A stretch of 64,000 bases of DNA from Candidatus Eiseniibacteriota bacterium (GTDB lineage Bacteria; Eisenbacteria; RBG-16-71-46; CAZAMP01): the NCBI GenBank assembly GCA_965224245.1, contig OZ245046.1, forward strand, positions 2,656,001-2,720,000. Reading direction: 5' to 3'. Under the pieces are notes generated by a model, which did not search any database, had not been told where the DNA came from, and saw nothing but the letters and a program-made list of their open reading frames with translations. The position numbers were made by a program, and so were the translations under genes. The stretch's first letter is position 1. Every line of letters begins with the position of its first letter. Positions 9,276 to 17,933 of the stretch are shown piece after piece.

Positions 9276-10391
9276 TCAGAGCCGCGGCCCCATCTGGCGC
9301 CGGCGGTTGCGGATGAAGTCGTGAAACACGAACCCGCCCAGGCGATCGGGCGCGGAGAAGTACGCGCGTCCCCGGTTCAGCTCGGTCAGACGATACACGA
9401 ACTGCTGTAGATACGGATCGTGCGTGACCATGAACGTCGTGATCGTGATGCCCTTTCGCCGGCACACGACCGCCTCGTCCAGCGTCCGATTGATGATGCG
9501 CTCGTCGTGCCCGAACGTGTTCCGGTAGACGCCTTCGCCCGGCACGTCGATCACCGTCGGCTTGCCGTCGGTCACCATGAAGATCTGCTTGTTGCGGTTC
9601 TTGCGTCGCATCAACAGCCGCCGTGCGTAGGCGAGCCCGGCCTTGGTGTTCGTGTGGAACGGCCCCACCGACACGAACGGCAGGTCGGCGATGTCCACCG
9701 GGATGGCCTCGTCGCCGAAGAGCACGACGTCCAGCGTGTCGCGCTGGTACCGGGTCAGGATCAGCTCGGTGAGTGCCAGCGCCACCTGCTTGGCCGGCGT
9801 GAAGCGATCCTCCCCGTAGAGCACCATGCTGTGCGAGATGTCCACCAGGAGCACGGTCGCGCACGACGTCGCGTGCTCGGCATCGTGGATGACGAGATCG
9901 TTCTCGCAGAGAGGCGTGTCGGTGGAGCCGGTCCGTCGCACGGTGTTCCACAGGCTTCCGGAGAAGTCGATCGCGTGCACGTCGTCCCCGAACGCGAACG
10001 GACGTCGCTCCGGTAGCGCGTCGTTCACGTTCGTGCCCCCCTCGAACGGTGTGCCGTGACCACCGTCGTCGCTCGACGCCTCGAGGTTGCGGAACATGAG
10101 CTCCAGGGACGACCTGCGCAGGCCCTGCACCCCGCGGTCGGTCAGCTGCAACAGGCCCTCGGCGTCCCGCTCGACGACCTCCTCGCGCTCGAGCTCGCGC
10201 AGGAACTGGTCGAGGTCGAGATCGGCGTCCAGGATGCCCCGCCGCTGGAGCTCGCGCATCAGGTCCAGAGCCGCCTCGGGATCGCCGTTGGCGATCAGCA
10301 GGAGCTGATTGAAGACGTCGCGGAGCGCGCTCAGGTTCGCGAGCTGCGTCAGGAGCGATGGATCCCACTCGCTGTACCGGAATCCGATCAT
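9276..10391 (-). CDS. VWA domain-containing protein (partner of the AAA+ ATPase; Rv0959-like)
   Basis: MIDAS DISHSM, TN...GL and TDGKP. Start MIGFRYSEWD overlaps the upstream stop (ATGA). Confidence 0.88.
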   Translation of the reverse strand: MIGFRYSEWDPSLLTQLANLSALRDVFNQLLLIANGDPEAALDLMRELQRRGILDADLDLDQFLRELEREEVVERDAEGLLQLTDRGVQGLRRSSLELMFRNLEASSDDGGHGTPFEGGTNVNDALPERRPFAFGDDVHAIDFSGSLWNTVRRTGSTDTPLCENDLVIHDAEHATSCATVLLVDISHSMVLYGEDRFTPAKQVALALTELILTRYQRDTLDVVLFGDEAIPVDIADLPFVSVGPFHTNTKAGLAYARRLLMRRKNRNKQIFMVTDGKPTVIDVPGEGVYRNTFGHDERIINRTLDEAVVCRRKGITITTFMVTHDPYLQQFVYRLTELNRGRAYFSAPDRLGGFVFHDFIRNRRRQMGPRL

Positions 10392-11227
10392 CGCGTCGCC
10401 CCCGCTCGGGCGGCTCGCTCGCAGAGCGCCTCGATGCGCGCGTAGTCGGCCGCGCCGAGCTCGCCGGTCGTGAGCGCATCCAGCTCGCCGGCGACCGCGA
10501 GCCGGACCAGTGCCTCCCCCACCTCCAGCTTGCTGTGGCGCCACGGTCCCAGGAGCGACCGATGGCGCGCCATGAGCTCATCGACGATGCGGTCCAGCGC
10601 GGCGTCGGCCGAGACCGCCTCCACCTCGATCTCGTGGTGCACGAGCGTGCCTTCCTCGAGCTCGTACGTGACGGCGTCCACGACGAGCTCCGCGCACGCA
10701 TGGCCGTCCGGCGAGACGACCGCACGCGGTCTCCGCCACGTCTCACGCGCCTGCACCCGTTCGAGACCGCTCGCCGAGAGCGCGTCCTCCGGCATGTCCG
10801 CCGGCCAGTGGGGCGCGGACAGCTGCACGCCGGACGCGCCGAGCGCCGAGTCGATCTCGACCCAGCCCTCGGGGCTGAAGGGACGCTCGACCTCGAGCCG
10901 GCGAACCGCGGTGCGCGCGCTCGGCGAGGCAACCTGTCCCGAGCGCGACGGACCGGGCGGCAGGGGCTCGAGTGCTCCCTTCAGCGTGATCCGGTCGGTG
11001 AGCCGACCCTCTCGGGTCTCGCGTCGCCACCGGAGGGCGAGGCCCACGCCGCTCAACGTGCGTCCCGCGTCGTCGACGTACACGTCTCGGATGCGTCGGT
11101 CGGGCTCGAGCACGAGACGGTGTCCGGCCACGGCACGCGCGGCGGCGACGGCGTCGGCCGTCTCGCGCGCCGACGGTGCGGGGATCACGAGCGTCGTCTC
11201 GGTCTCGATGGCCCTGTCGCGTGTCAT
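10388..11227 (-). CDS. CYTH domain-containing protein
   Basis: N-terminal IETETTL (ExExK variant), D.YVD, LALRWR, ITLKG, ELVVD.V, EIEVE and SKL. Confidence 0.75.
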   Translation of the reverse strand: MTRDRAIETETTLVIPAPSARETADAVAAARAVAGHRLVLEPDRRIRDVYVDDAGRTLSGVGLALRWRRETREGRLTDRITLKGALEPLPPGPSRSGQVASPSARTAVRRLEVERPFSPEGWVEIDSALGASGVQLSAPHWPADMPEDALSASGLERVQARETWRRPRAVVSPDGHACAELVVDAVTYELEEGTLVHHEIEVEAVSADAALDRIVDELMARHRSLLGPWRHSKLEVGEALVRLAVAGELDALTTGELGAADYARIEALCERAARAGATR

Positions 11228-11234
11228 GTCGGCC

Positions 11235-12701
11235 TCACATGTCCTGCATCATGCGGCTGATCATGTCTCCGTAGGCGACCGCACCGGTCGTCCCCTGCTT
11301 GGAGAGCATCGAGTGCTGGTGCATGCCCTCGATCACGAGCTCCATCGCGGGCACGAGATCGCGATCGTCGTCGATCGGCAGATACTTGCGTGCGAGCGTC
11401 TCCAGTCCGTCCACGTCGGACAGGTGGCGGGCCGTCTCGCGGGTCGGGCGCGAGTCGTCGATCTCGAGATCGTTGCCCCGGGCAAACCACCCCAGGACCT
11501 CGCTGTAGAGCGGCTCGGGCTCGGCGGCGTCTCCGCCCCGCCGATCGGGGTGCGTGGCCGGGCAGTACCGCCGGAAAACCGCTCGCACCGCCTTGCCGAC
11601 GAGCTTCTGCGCGACGATGCTCGCCCCCTCCTGCTCGCCCTCGTACACGAGCTCGACCTTGCCCGTGATGGCCGGTACACACGCGAAGAGATCGCAGATC
11701 CGCGCCACCGGATCGGGCTCGCCGGTCGCGAACGACCGCCGGGCCACGTTGCTGACCAGGGTCTCCATCGCGCTGATGGCCAGGCGCGCACTGACGCCGG
11801 AGGTCTGGTCCACGTGCTCGCTCTCGCGGGCCGCGATCGCGACCTCCTCGATCGCCTCGCGGAGGAACGACGCGACGTGTACCTCGACCTCGCGGGAGAC
11901 GTCCGCCTCCTGCGCGGTGATGGCCATCGCGTCCTGGATCGAGCGCGGGTAGTGCGTGATGATCTGACTGCCGATGCGATCCTTCAGGGGCGTGATGATG
12001 CTGCCGCGGTTGGTGTAGTCCTCGGGGTTCGCGGTGAACAGCATCAACACGTCGAGCGGGAGCCGGATCGGGAACCCGCGAATCTGAATGTCCCGCTCCT
12101 CGAGGATGTTCAACAGCCCCACCTGGATGCGGGCCTGCAGGTCGGGCAGCTCGTTCAGGCACAGGATGCCGCGGTGCGTCCGCGGGACGAGCCCGAAGTG
12201 GATCACGCGCTCGTCGGAGAGATCCAGCCGCTCACGCGACGCGCGGATGGGATCGATGTCGCCGATCAGGTCGGCCATCGTCACGTCGGGGGTCGCGAGC
12301 TTCTCGTTGAAGCGCTGCGATCGGTGCAGCCACGCGATGGGCGTGTCCGCGCCCTCGCGCGCGACCTGATCCTGCACCGGTCTCGTCAACGGGCGAAGCG
12401 GATCCTCGTTCAGCGTGGAGCCCTTCACCACGGGAACCCACTCGTCGAGATAGCCGGTGAGCCCGCGCAGGAGCCGCGTCTTCGCCTGCCCCCTGAGCCC
12501 CAGCAGCAGCACGTCGTGGCGGCTCAGGATCGCGTTCGCCACCATCGGGATCACGGTCTCGTCGTAGCCGACGATCCCGTCGAACAGACGGTCGCCGCGC
12601 CGGAGCGCCTCGCTGACGTTGTGTCGGATCTCGTCTCGAACGCTGCGCGGTTCGTATCCCGTCTCCTGGAGCGCACCCAACGTGGTGGCGGTCGGGATCA
12701 T
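11235..12701 (-). CDS. Magnesium-chelatase/MoxR-like AAA+ ATPase (Rv0958-like)
   Basis: Walker A variant GLRGQAKT, ADLIGDIDP, NELPDL and ANPEDYTNRG.IITPLKDR. GAAAGGA RBS. Confidence 0.9.
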   Translation of the reverse strand: MIPTATTLGALQETGYEPRSVRDEIRHNVSEALRRGDRLFDGIVGYDETVIPMVANAILSRHDVLLLGLRGQAKTRLLRGLTGYLDEWVPVVKGSTLNEDPLRPLTRPVQDQVAREGADTPIAWLHRSQRFNEKLATPDVTMADLIGDIDPIRASRERLDLSDERVIHFGLVPRTHRGILCLNELPDLQARIQVGLLNILEERDIQIRGFPIRLPLDVLMLFTANPEDYTNRGSIITPLKDRIGSQIITHYPRSIQDAMAITAQEADVSREVEVHVASFLREAIEEVAIAARESEHVDQTSGVSARLAISAMETLVSNVARRSFATGEPDPVARICDLFACVPAITGKVELVYEGEQEGASIVAQKLVGKAVRAVFRRYCPATHPDRRGGDAAEPEPLYSEVLGWFARGNDLEIDDSRPTRETARHLSDVDGLETLARKYLPIDDDRDLVPAMELVIEGMHQHSMLSKQGTTGAVAYGDMISRMMQDM

Positions 12702-12926
12702 GCCGTTCCTTTCGCCAGTCGGTACCGGAATGGAATCACGGAGTCGGAGCCGGCGCGACCGGGCGCCGACGGGACCTCGGGGGCGACCCTCATCGTCGCC
12801 GCGCGTTCCCCGGTGCAATACGCTCGCGACGGGCGGTTTGCTCCGTCGCGCCGCAAGAAGCCGGACGGCGCCCCGACCGGTGCGAGATCGGGAGCGCCGC
12901 CGATCGGCGGTCTGGGCGGTTGCGGG

Positions 12927-14678
12927 TCAGGGGCGTACGACGATGGCCAGAGACTCGGACACCCCGGGCGCCGAGAGTCGCAGCCAGTACGTTCCCGGCT
13001 CGACCCGCTCGCCGAGCTGGTTCGTCGCGTCCCACGCGAACTGGTGCTCGCCGGCGTGGAGCTTCCGGTCCACGAGCGTGCGGATGCGCCGGCTCGACAC
13101 GTCGAACACTTCCAGGGTCACGCGTCCGTCGGCCGGAAGCTGGTACCGGATGGCCGCGAGATCGGTCGTCGGGTTCGGCGCGGCCACCAGTAGCGACTGC
13201 GGGCCCGCCGAGGGATCGGACACGGCAATGCGATCGTCGTCGTATCCGCCGAAGACGTCCTGATGCCCGTTGCGGAAGTCGGTCCAGACCGGCGTGGCGT
13301 ACCCGTCCCACGCCGCGACCCCGATGTACTCGCCGATCGCACCCGCTCGACGCTGTGACTGGTCGATCTCGCCGTACGACTCGGGAAGCGTGGCCCCCGC
13401 CGCGACCAGCTCGCGAAGCTCGCCCGGCAGCGAGACCCGGTGGCGACCGTCGGACGCGGCCTCGCGCGTCGCCTCCGCCTCGGCGGCGTCGGCCTCCGCG
13501 GCGCGGGCCTCGGGGCTCCCGCACCAGGTCGAGGTCGCGGTGGAGACCTGCTGGTTGGCGGTCCAGGTCACGCCGCCGTCGAAGCTCTGGCTCAGGTAGC
13601 AGTGCCACGCACAGTTGGAGGGATCCTGCCGGCGATCCAGCCACACCGCGGTCAAGACCCCCGTGTTGTCGACGGTCAGCCAGGGGTGGAACTGATCGCG
13701 ACCGTTCGCGAACGCGTCGTCGTTGATGCGGATGGGCGAGGTCCACGACACGCCGCCGTCGTCCGAGTGCCGGACGAAGATGTCACGATCGTTGGATCCC
13801 GACGGCTCGTCCATGTACACGCAGTAGAGACGGTTGTCGAACGGCCCCCCCGAGAGGTCGCAGTCCATCGCGGGGTGGCACGGCGCCGAGATCCCGCCGT
13901 TGATGGTGTGCGAGGGGCTGTCCAGGGTCGTGACCACGCGATCGCCGCCGAACGTGAGCCCGCCATCCGTGGATCTGTCCATGCGAATCGACGGGTTGTA
14001 GAACTGCGTCCAGGCCACGTAGAGCGTTCCGTCCGCGCCCACGACGGGGATCGGATACTGATTGCCGTCCTGATCGCTGACCCGGCGCGGGCTCGTCCAC
14101 GTGCCACCGTCGTTGCCGCTGGCCACGCAGTAGATGTTCGTCTCGGGGAAGCGATCCCACACCACGTAGAGACGCCCGTCGCGGAGCCCGCCCGATCGAT
14201 CGCAGGCGATGAACTCCTTGTCCTCGAACACGCCGGGGACACCGTCGACCGCGAAGCCCCGATCCTCCCAGGTGACCCCGCCGTCGGTGCTCCGGTAGAG
14301 CAGCATGCCGTTGGGCTGGGACGTGTCGCCGGTGTACGCGAGCAGCATCGCGAAGAAGTGCCCGGACGAGTTGATCGTGAGGGCGGGATCGCTGTCGCGC
14401 GGGTAGTGCACGTCCTCGAACAGACCTGGGTTCGTCCACGTCTTGCCACCGTCGAAGGAGTAGCCCCAGCCGACCTGACGGTAGCCGAGGCGGAAGTCGC
14501 GCCACACGGAGACCAGGTTCTGCGGGTTCGTCGGGTTCAGAACGACCTGCTCCTCGTTGTGGAGGTTGGTGCTGGTGTCCTCGTTGACCTTCGTGTCGGT
14601 CCAGTCCTGAGCACCCGCCGACGTCGCCGCGACGGCCAGCGCCGTGCACGGCATGAGGGTTCTGACGATTGCACGCAT
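12927..14678 (-). CDS. Secreted BNR/Asp-box (sialidase-like) beta-propeller protein with C-terminal FlgD-Ig (T9SS-CTD-like) domain
   Basis: Signal peptide, multiple SxDGGxTW Asp-boxes, and C-terminal APNP...I.Y.L....V.LEVFDV..R.IRTL...WD.....G..V.PG.Y. Confidence 0.88.
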   Translation of the reverse strand: MRAIVRTLMPCTALAVAATSAGAQDWTDTKVNEDTSTNLHNEEQVVLNPTNPQNLVSVWRDFRLGYRQVGWGYSFDGGKTWTNPGLFEDVHYPRDSDPALTINSSGHFFAMLLAYTGDTSQPNGMLLYRSTDGGVTWEDRGFAVDGVPGVFEDKEFIACDRSGGLRDGRLYVVWDRFPETNIYCVASGNDGGTWTSPRRVSDQDGNQYPIPVVGADGTLYVAWTQFYNPSIRMDRSTDGGLTFGGDRVVTTLDSPSHTINGGISAPCHPAMDCDLSGGPFDNRLYCVYMDEPSGSNDRDIFVRHSDDGGVSWTSPIRINDDAFANGRDQFHPWLTVDNTGVLTAVWLDRRQDPSNCAWHCYLSQSFDGGVTWTANQQVSTATSTWCGSPEARAAEADAAEAEATREAASDGRHRVSLPGELRELVAAGATLPESYGEIDQSQRRAGAIGEYIGVAAWDGYATPVWTDFRNGHQDVFGGYDDDRIAVSDPSAGPQSLLVAAPNPTTDLAAIRYQLPADGRVTLEVFDVSSRRIRTLVDRKLHAGEHQFAWDATNQLGERVEPGTYWLRLSAPGVSESLAIVVRP

Positions 14679-14744
14679 GATGGACGCCTTCCTCGGCTGG
14701 GATCGTCTTGGGGGACGTACGCGGGGTCGCGCGTTCAATGGACG

Positions 14745-14774
14745 ATGGTACCAAAGCGGCACAGCCTCCGCCAA
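14745..14774 (-). promoter_or_regulatory. Putative sigma70 promoter for the Asp-box protein gene (TTGGCG-18-TACCAT, extended -10 TG)
   Basis: Motif read directly about 65 nt upstream of the ATG at 14678. Confidence 0.4.
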
Positions 14775-14895
14775 GGCAGGGTATTGGCGGACACGGGCTT
14801 GCGCGTGCCGCCACGTGGCGCTTTCGAGCCGACGCTGGTACCCTCGGCCCGGTGGATCCCCTCGATGGCCGGTCCCTCACGCGGAGAACACACCG

Positions 14896-15396
14896 ATGCG
14901 GATTCGAGAGGCGCGTCCCGAGGACGTCCCGCTGCTCCTGACGCTCGTACGAGAGCTGGCCGTCTACGAGCGGATGGCCGACGAGGCGGTCGGAACCCCC
15001 GAGCTGCTGCACGAGAGCCTGTTCGGCGAGGGCGCGATGGCCTACGCGCTCATCGCCGAGGACGACGAGGGGGGCGGAGACGACCCCGAGCCGGTGGGCT
15101 TCGCGCTGTACTTCTTCAACTTCTCGACGTTCCTGGCGCGGCGGGGGCTCTATCTGGAGGATCTCTTCGTCCGTCCGGCCTACCGGGGACGCGGCGTCGG
15201 CCGCGCGCTCCTGGCCGCGCTGGCGGCGATCGCCGAGCGTCGCCGCTGCGCGCGCATGGAGTGGGTGGTTCTGGACTGGAATGCCCCCGCGATCGGGTTC
15301 TACGAGCGACTCGGCGCCCGGCCGCTGTCGGACTGGACGGTCTTCCGGCTCTCCGGCGCGCCCCTGGCCGCGCTGGCGGCCGAGAACGCGCCGTGA
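14896..15396 (+). CDS. GNAT N-acetyltransferase (spermidine/diamine acetyltransferase-like)
   Basis: ELA.YE, FSTF..R.GLYLEDLFV.P.YRG.G.G and VLDWN.PAI.FY. Confidence 0.9.
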   Translation: MRIREARPEDVPLLLTLVRELAVYERMADEAVGTPELLHESLFGEGAMAYALIAEDDEGGGDDPEPVGFALYFFNFSTFLARRGLYLEDLFVRPAYRGRGVGRALLAALAAIAERRRCARMEWVVLDWNAPAIGFYERLGARPLSDWTVFRLSGAPLAALAAENAP

Positions 15397-16235
15397 CCGC
15401 CACCACGCACGACGATCTCGAGTCGTTCTGCGGGGCACTCCACAGTCGCTTCGTCGACGAGGAGGTGGATCACAACGTCCTCGTCAGTGCGGTCGAGCGA
15501 TGGCGACGCACGTCGGTTCCCGACGCGGTCGGCCTCGTGAGCGCCGGCACCGGCCGCACGGCCGGCGGCGCGATCGTGTTCCCCGGACGCATCGTGCTCA
15601 CGCACATGCCGCGTTCCCACGCGAGCGCTCTGGCCGAGCACGTTCACCGCGAGCGCCCCGGCGTCCCGCGCGCACATGGCCCGGTTCCCGCGATCGACGC
15701 GTTTGCGGCGCGCCGCGCGGCGCTGAGCGGCGGCGTCACTCAGGTCGCGATGCGACAGCGATCGTACGTGCTGGAGGCGGTGATCGTGCCCATCGGCGTG
15801 TCCGGGTCACTGCGTCCGGCGGCGCTCGGGGACGCGATGACCCTGGCCGCGTGGACCGAGGCGTTTCACGACGAGGCCGACCTCCGATCGCCCGCCATCG
15901 ACGGCGCGGACGTCGTCGCCGGGCTGATGGCCGACGATCGTCTCTTCGTGTGGGACGACGGCGGGCCGCGCACGATGGCCGCGATCATGGGGCTCACCGC
16001 GAACACCGTGCGGATCAGCCTGGTCTACACCCCGCCGGACATGCGCCGGAGAGGATACGCGAGCGCGTGCGTGGCCGCGCTCAGCGATCGGTGTCTTCGG
16101 GCGGGTCGCCGCTGGTGCACGCTGTTCACCGACGCGGACAACCCGACCAGCAATCGCGTCTACCAGCGAATGGGATACGTCCCCCGGTCGGACTGGGCGC
16201 TGGTCGTGTTCGACGACGATTCGCCTCCCCGCTGA
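15393..16235 (+). CDS. GNAT N-acetyltransferase (FR47-like C-terminal domain)
   Basis: VYTPP..RRRGYA and LFTD..NPTSN.VY...GY. GTG start overlaps the upstream TGA. Confidence 0.88.
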   Translation: MTATTHDDLESFCGALHSRFVDEEVDHNVLVSAVERWRRTSVPDAVGLVSAGTGRTAGGAIVFPGRIVLTHMPRSHASALAEHVHRERPGVPRAHGPVPAIDAFAARRAALSGGVTQVAMRQRSYVLEAVIVPIGVSGSLRPAALGDAMTLAAWTEAFHDEADLRSPAIDGADVVAGLMADDRLFVWDDGGPRTMAAIMGLTANTVRISLVYTPPDMRRRGYASACVAALSDRCLRAGRRWCTLFTDADNPTSNRVYQRMGYVPRSDWALVVFDDDSPPR

Positions 16236-16244
16236 CGCCGCGCG

Positions 16245-17723
16245 TCACGACCGCGCCAGCTCGATCATCGTCCTGACCCCGAAGCCGGTGGCCCCCTTGC
16301 GCTGAAGGTCGGACGGCGTGCTCGCGTTGCCGACCCCGGCGATGTCGAGGTGGGCCCACGGATAGTCGGTGAACTTCTCCAGGAACGCCGCCGCGAGACA
16401 CGCGCCCCCGGCGCGACCTCCGGAGTTTCGGAGATCGGCGACCTCGCCGCGCATCACCTCGGCGTACGCGTCGTCCACCGGCATCGGCCAGAAGCGCTCA
16501 CCGACGGCCCCGCCGGCCGCCCGGACGCGCTCGGCCATCTCGGGATCGCGCGAGAAGCAGCCGGCGTACGCGTTGCCGAGTGCGACCACGATGGCGCCGG
16601 TCAGCGTCGCGGCATCCACGACGAACTCGGGATCGTACCGGCGGGCGTAGTGGAGCGCATCGGCCAGGATCAGCCGACCCTCGGCGTCGGTGTTCAGGAT
16701 CTCGACCGTGAGCCCGGAGGCGGTGGTGACGATGTCGCCGGGACGCGCGGCCGAGCCGTCCGGCATGTTCTCGGCGATGGGTACGAGACCCACGACCGGA
16801 CGGCGGAGACCGAGCCGGGCGATCGCGGTGAGCGCGCCGACGACGGCGCTGCCCCCGCCGAGGTCGTACTTCATGGCCTCCATGCCCTCGCGGGACTTCA
16901 GCGAGATGCCGCCCGTGTCGAACGTGATCGCCTTGCCCACGAACACGATCGGACGCCGCCGGGCGCCCCGCGGCCGATGCTCGAGCACGGCCATGCGGGC
17001 CGGCCGGGCGCTCCCGCGCGCGACGGCCAGGAGCGCGTTCATGTTCTCGCGGCGCAGCGTGGGCTCCTCGAGCACTCGGCACGTCAGCTTCGCCGCTCGC
17101 GCCTCGGCCCGGATGCGCGAGGCCAGCTCGACCGGGCCGAGGTCATTGGGCGGCAGGTCGCCGATCTCGCGGGACAGGTTGACGCCGGCGGCGACGACAC
17201 GCCCGCGCTCGATCGCGCGCTTGAGCGCCGCCGGTGCGCTCGACACCCACAGCGACACCCCGGAGGCGCGCTTCGGTGGCTCGGGCGACGTGCGATACTG
17301 ATCGAACCGATAGCCGCCGAGCCCCACTCCCTCGGCGATCGTGTACACGACGACGTCGGGGTCGACCGCGGGCACGTCTGGCACGTGAACGGCCACCGGC
17401 GACTGCGGCTCGTCGGCCGCGCGGGTTCCGGCCACGCCACCCAGGCGCCGCAACGCATCCGCGTCGGCGCCATCTCGGCGCCCCATCCCCACGAGGACGA
17501 GGGTTCCCGGCAGATCGGGGTCGCCGGTGTGCACGACGGCGCGGCGGCCCTGGGATCCGTCGTGACCGCTCGCGGCGAGCGCCCGCGCGACCGGGGCGCT
17601 GGCGGTCAGCTCGTCGGCGATCGAGGGGCCCTCGCCGTCCTGCCAGACGGGAAGAACGAGGCACGCCGTCCGGCGGGATCGGCGCGACGGCGGCGTCAGC
17701 GAGACGGTCAGAGAACGTGACAT
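16245..17723 (-). CDS. pepA: Leucyl aminopeptidase (peptidase M17)
   Basis: VGK.ITFDTGGISLK, MK.D..G, NTDAEGRL, ATLTGA and AHLDIAG. Confidence 0.93.
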   Translation of the reverse strand: MSRSLTVSLTPPSRRSRRTACLVLPVWQDGEGPSIADELTASAPVARALAASGHDGSQGRRAVVHTGDPDLPGTLVLVGMGRRDGADADALRRLGGVAGTRAADEPQSPVAVHVPDVPAVDPDVVVYTIAEGVGLGGYRFDQYRTSPEPPKRASGVSLWVSSAPAALKRAIERGRVVAAGVNLSREIGDLPPNDLGPVELASRIRAEARAAKLTCRVLEEPTLRRENMNALLAVARGSARPARMAVLEHRPRGARRRPIVFVGKAITFDTGGISLKSREGMEAMKYDLGGGSAVVGALTAIARLGLRRPVVGLVPIAENMPDGSAARPGDIVTTASGLTVEILNTDAEGRLILADALHYARRYDPEFVVDAATLTGAIVVALGNAYAGCFSRDPEMAERVRAAGGAVGERFWPMPVDDAYAEVMRGEVADLRNSGGRAGGACLAAAFLEKFTDYPWAHLDIAGVGNASTPSDLQRKGATGFGVRTMIELARS

Positions 17724-17846
17724 GGTGACTTCCCATCGCAATGGCGCCGTGGCGCGCGCCGGGTTTCGTTTGTCGCGCGCGAACCGTAGCACTCGGCAGC
17801 CCCAGCTGCATCCTCCCGAGCCCCCGCGACCGGATCGGGCGGGTGC

Positions 17847-17875
17847 TTGCCCACTGCATCCACGGCCGGGATAAT
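17847..17875 (+). promoter_or_regulatory. Putative sigma70 promoter TTGCCC-17-GATAAT
   Basis: Near-consensus hexamers with a 17-nt spacer upstream of the MFS/spermidine synthase gene. Confidence 0.5.
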
Positions 17876-17933
17876 GCGGCGCCGGTCGTCAGCGCCGGCT
17901 CGGCACGACGTGACCCCGAGGGAGACGATCTCT

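Noticed and set aside
11235-12701. Non-canonical Walker motifs (GQAKT, NE) as a sign of a dead ATPase, or a chlorophyll Mg-chelatase call
   Set aside because: These variants are typical of this VWA-associated family, and no tetrapyrrole or photosynthesis genes are nearby.
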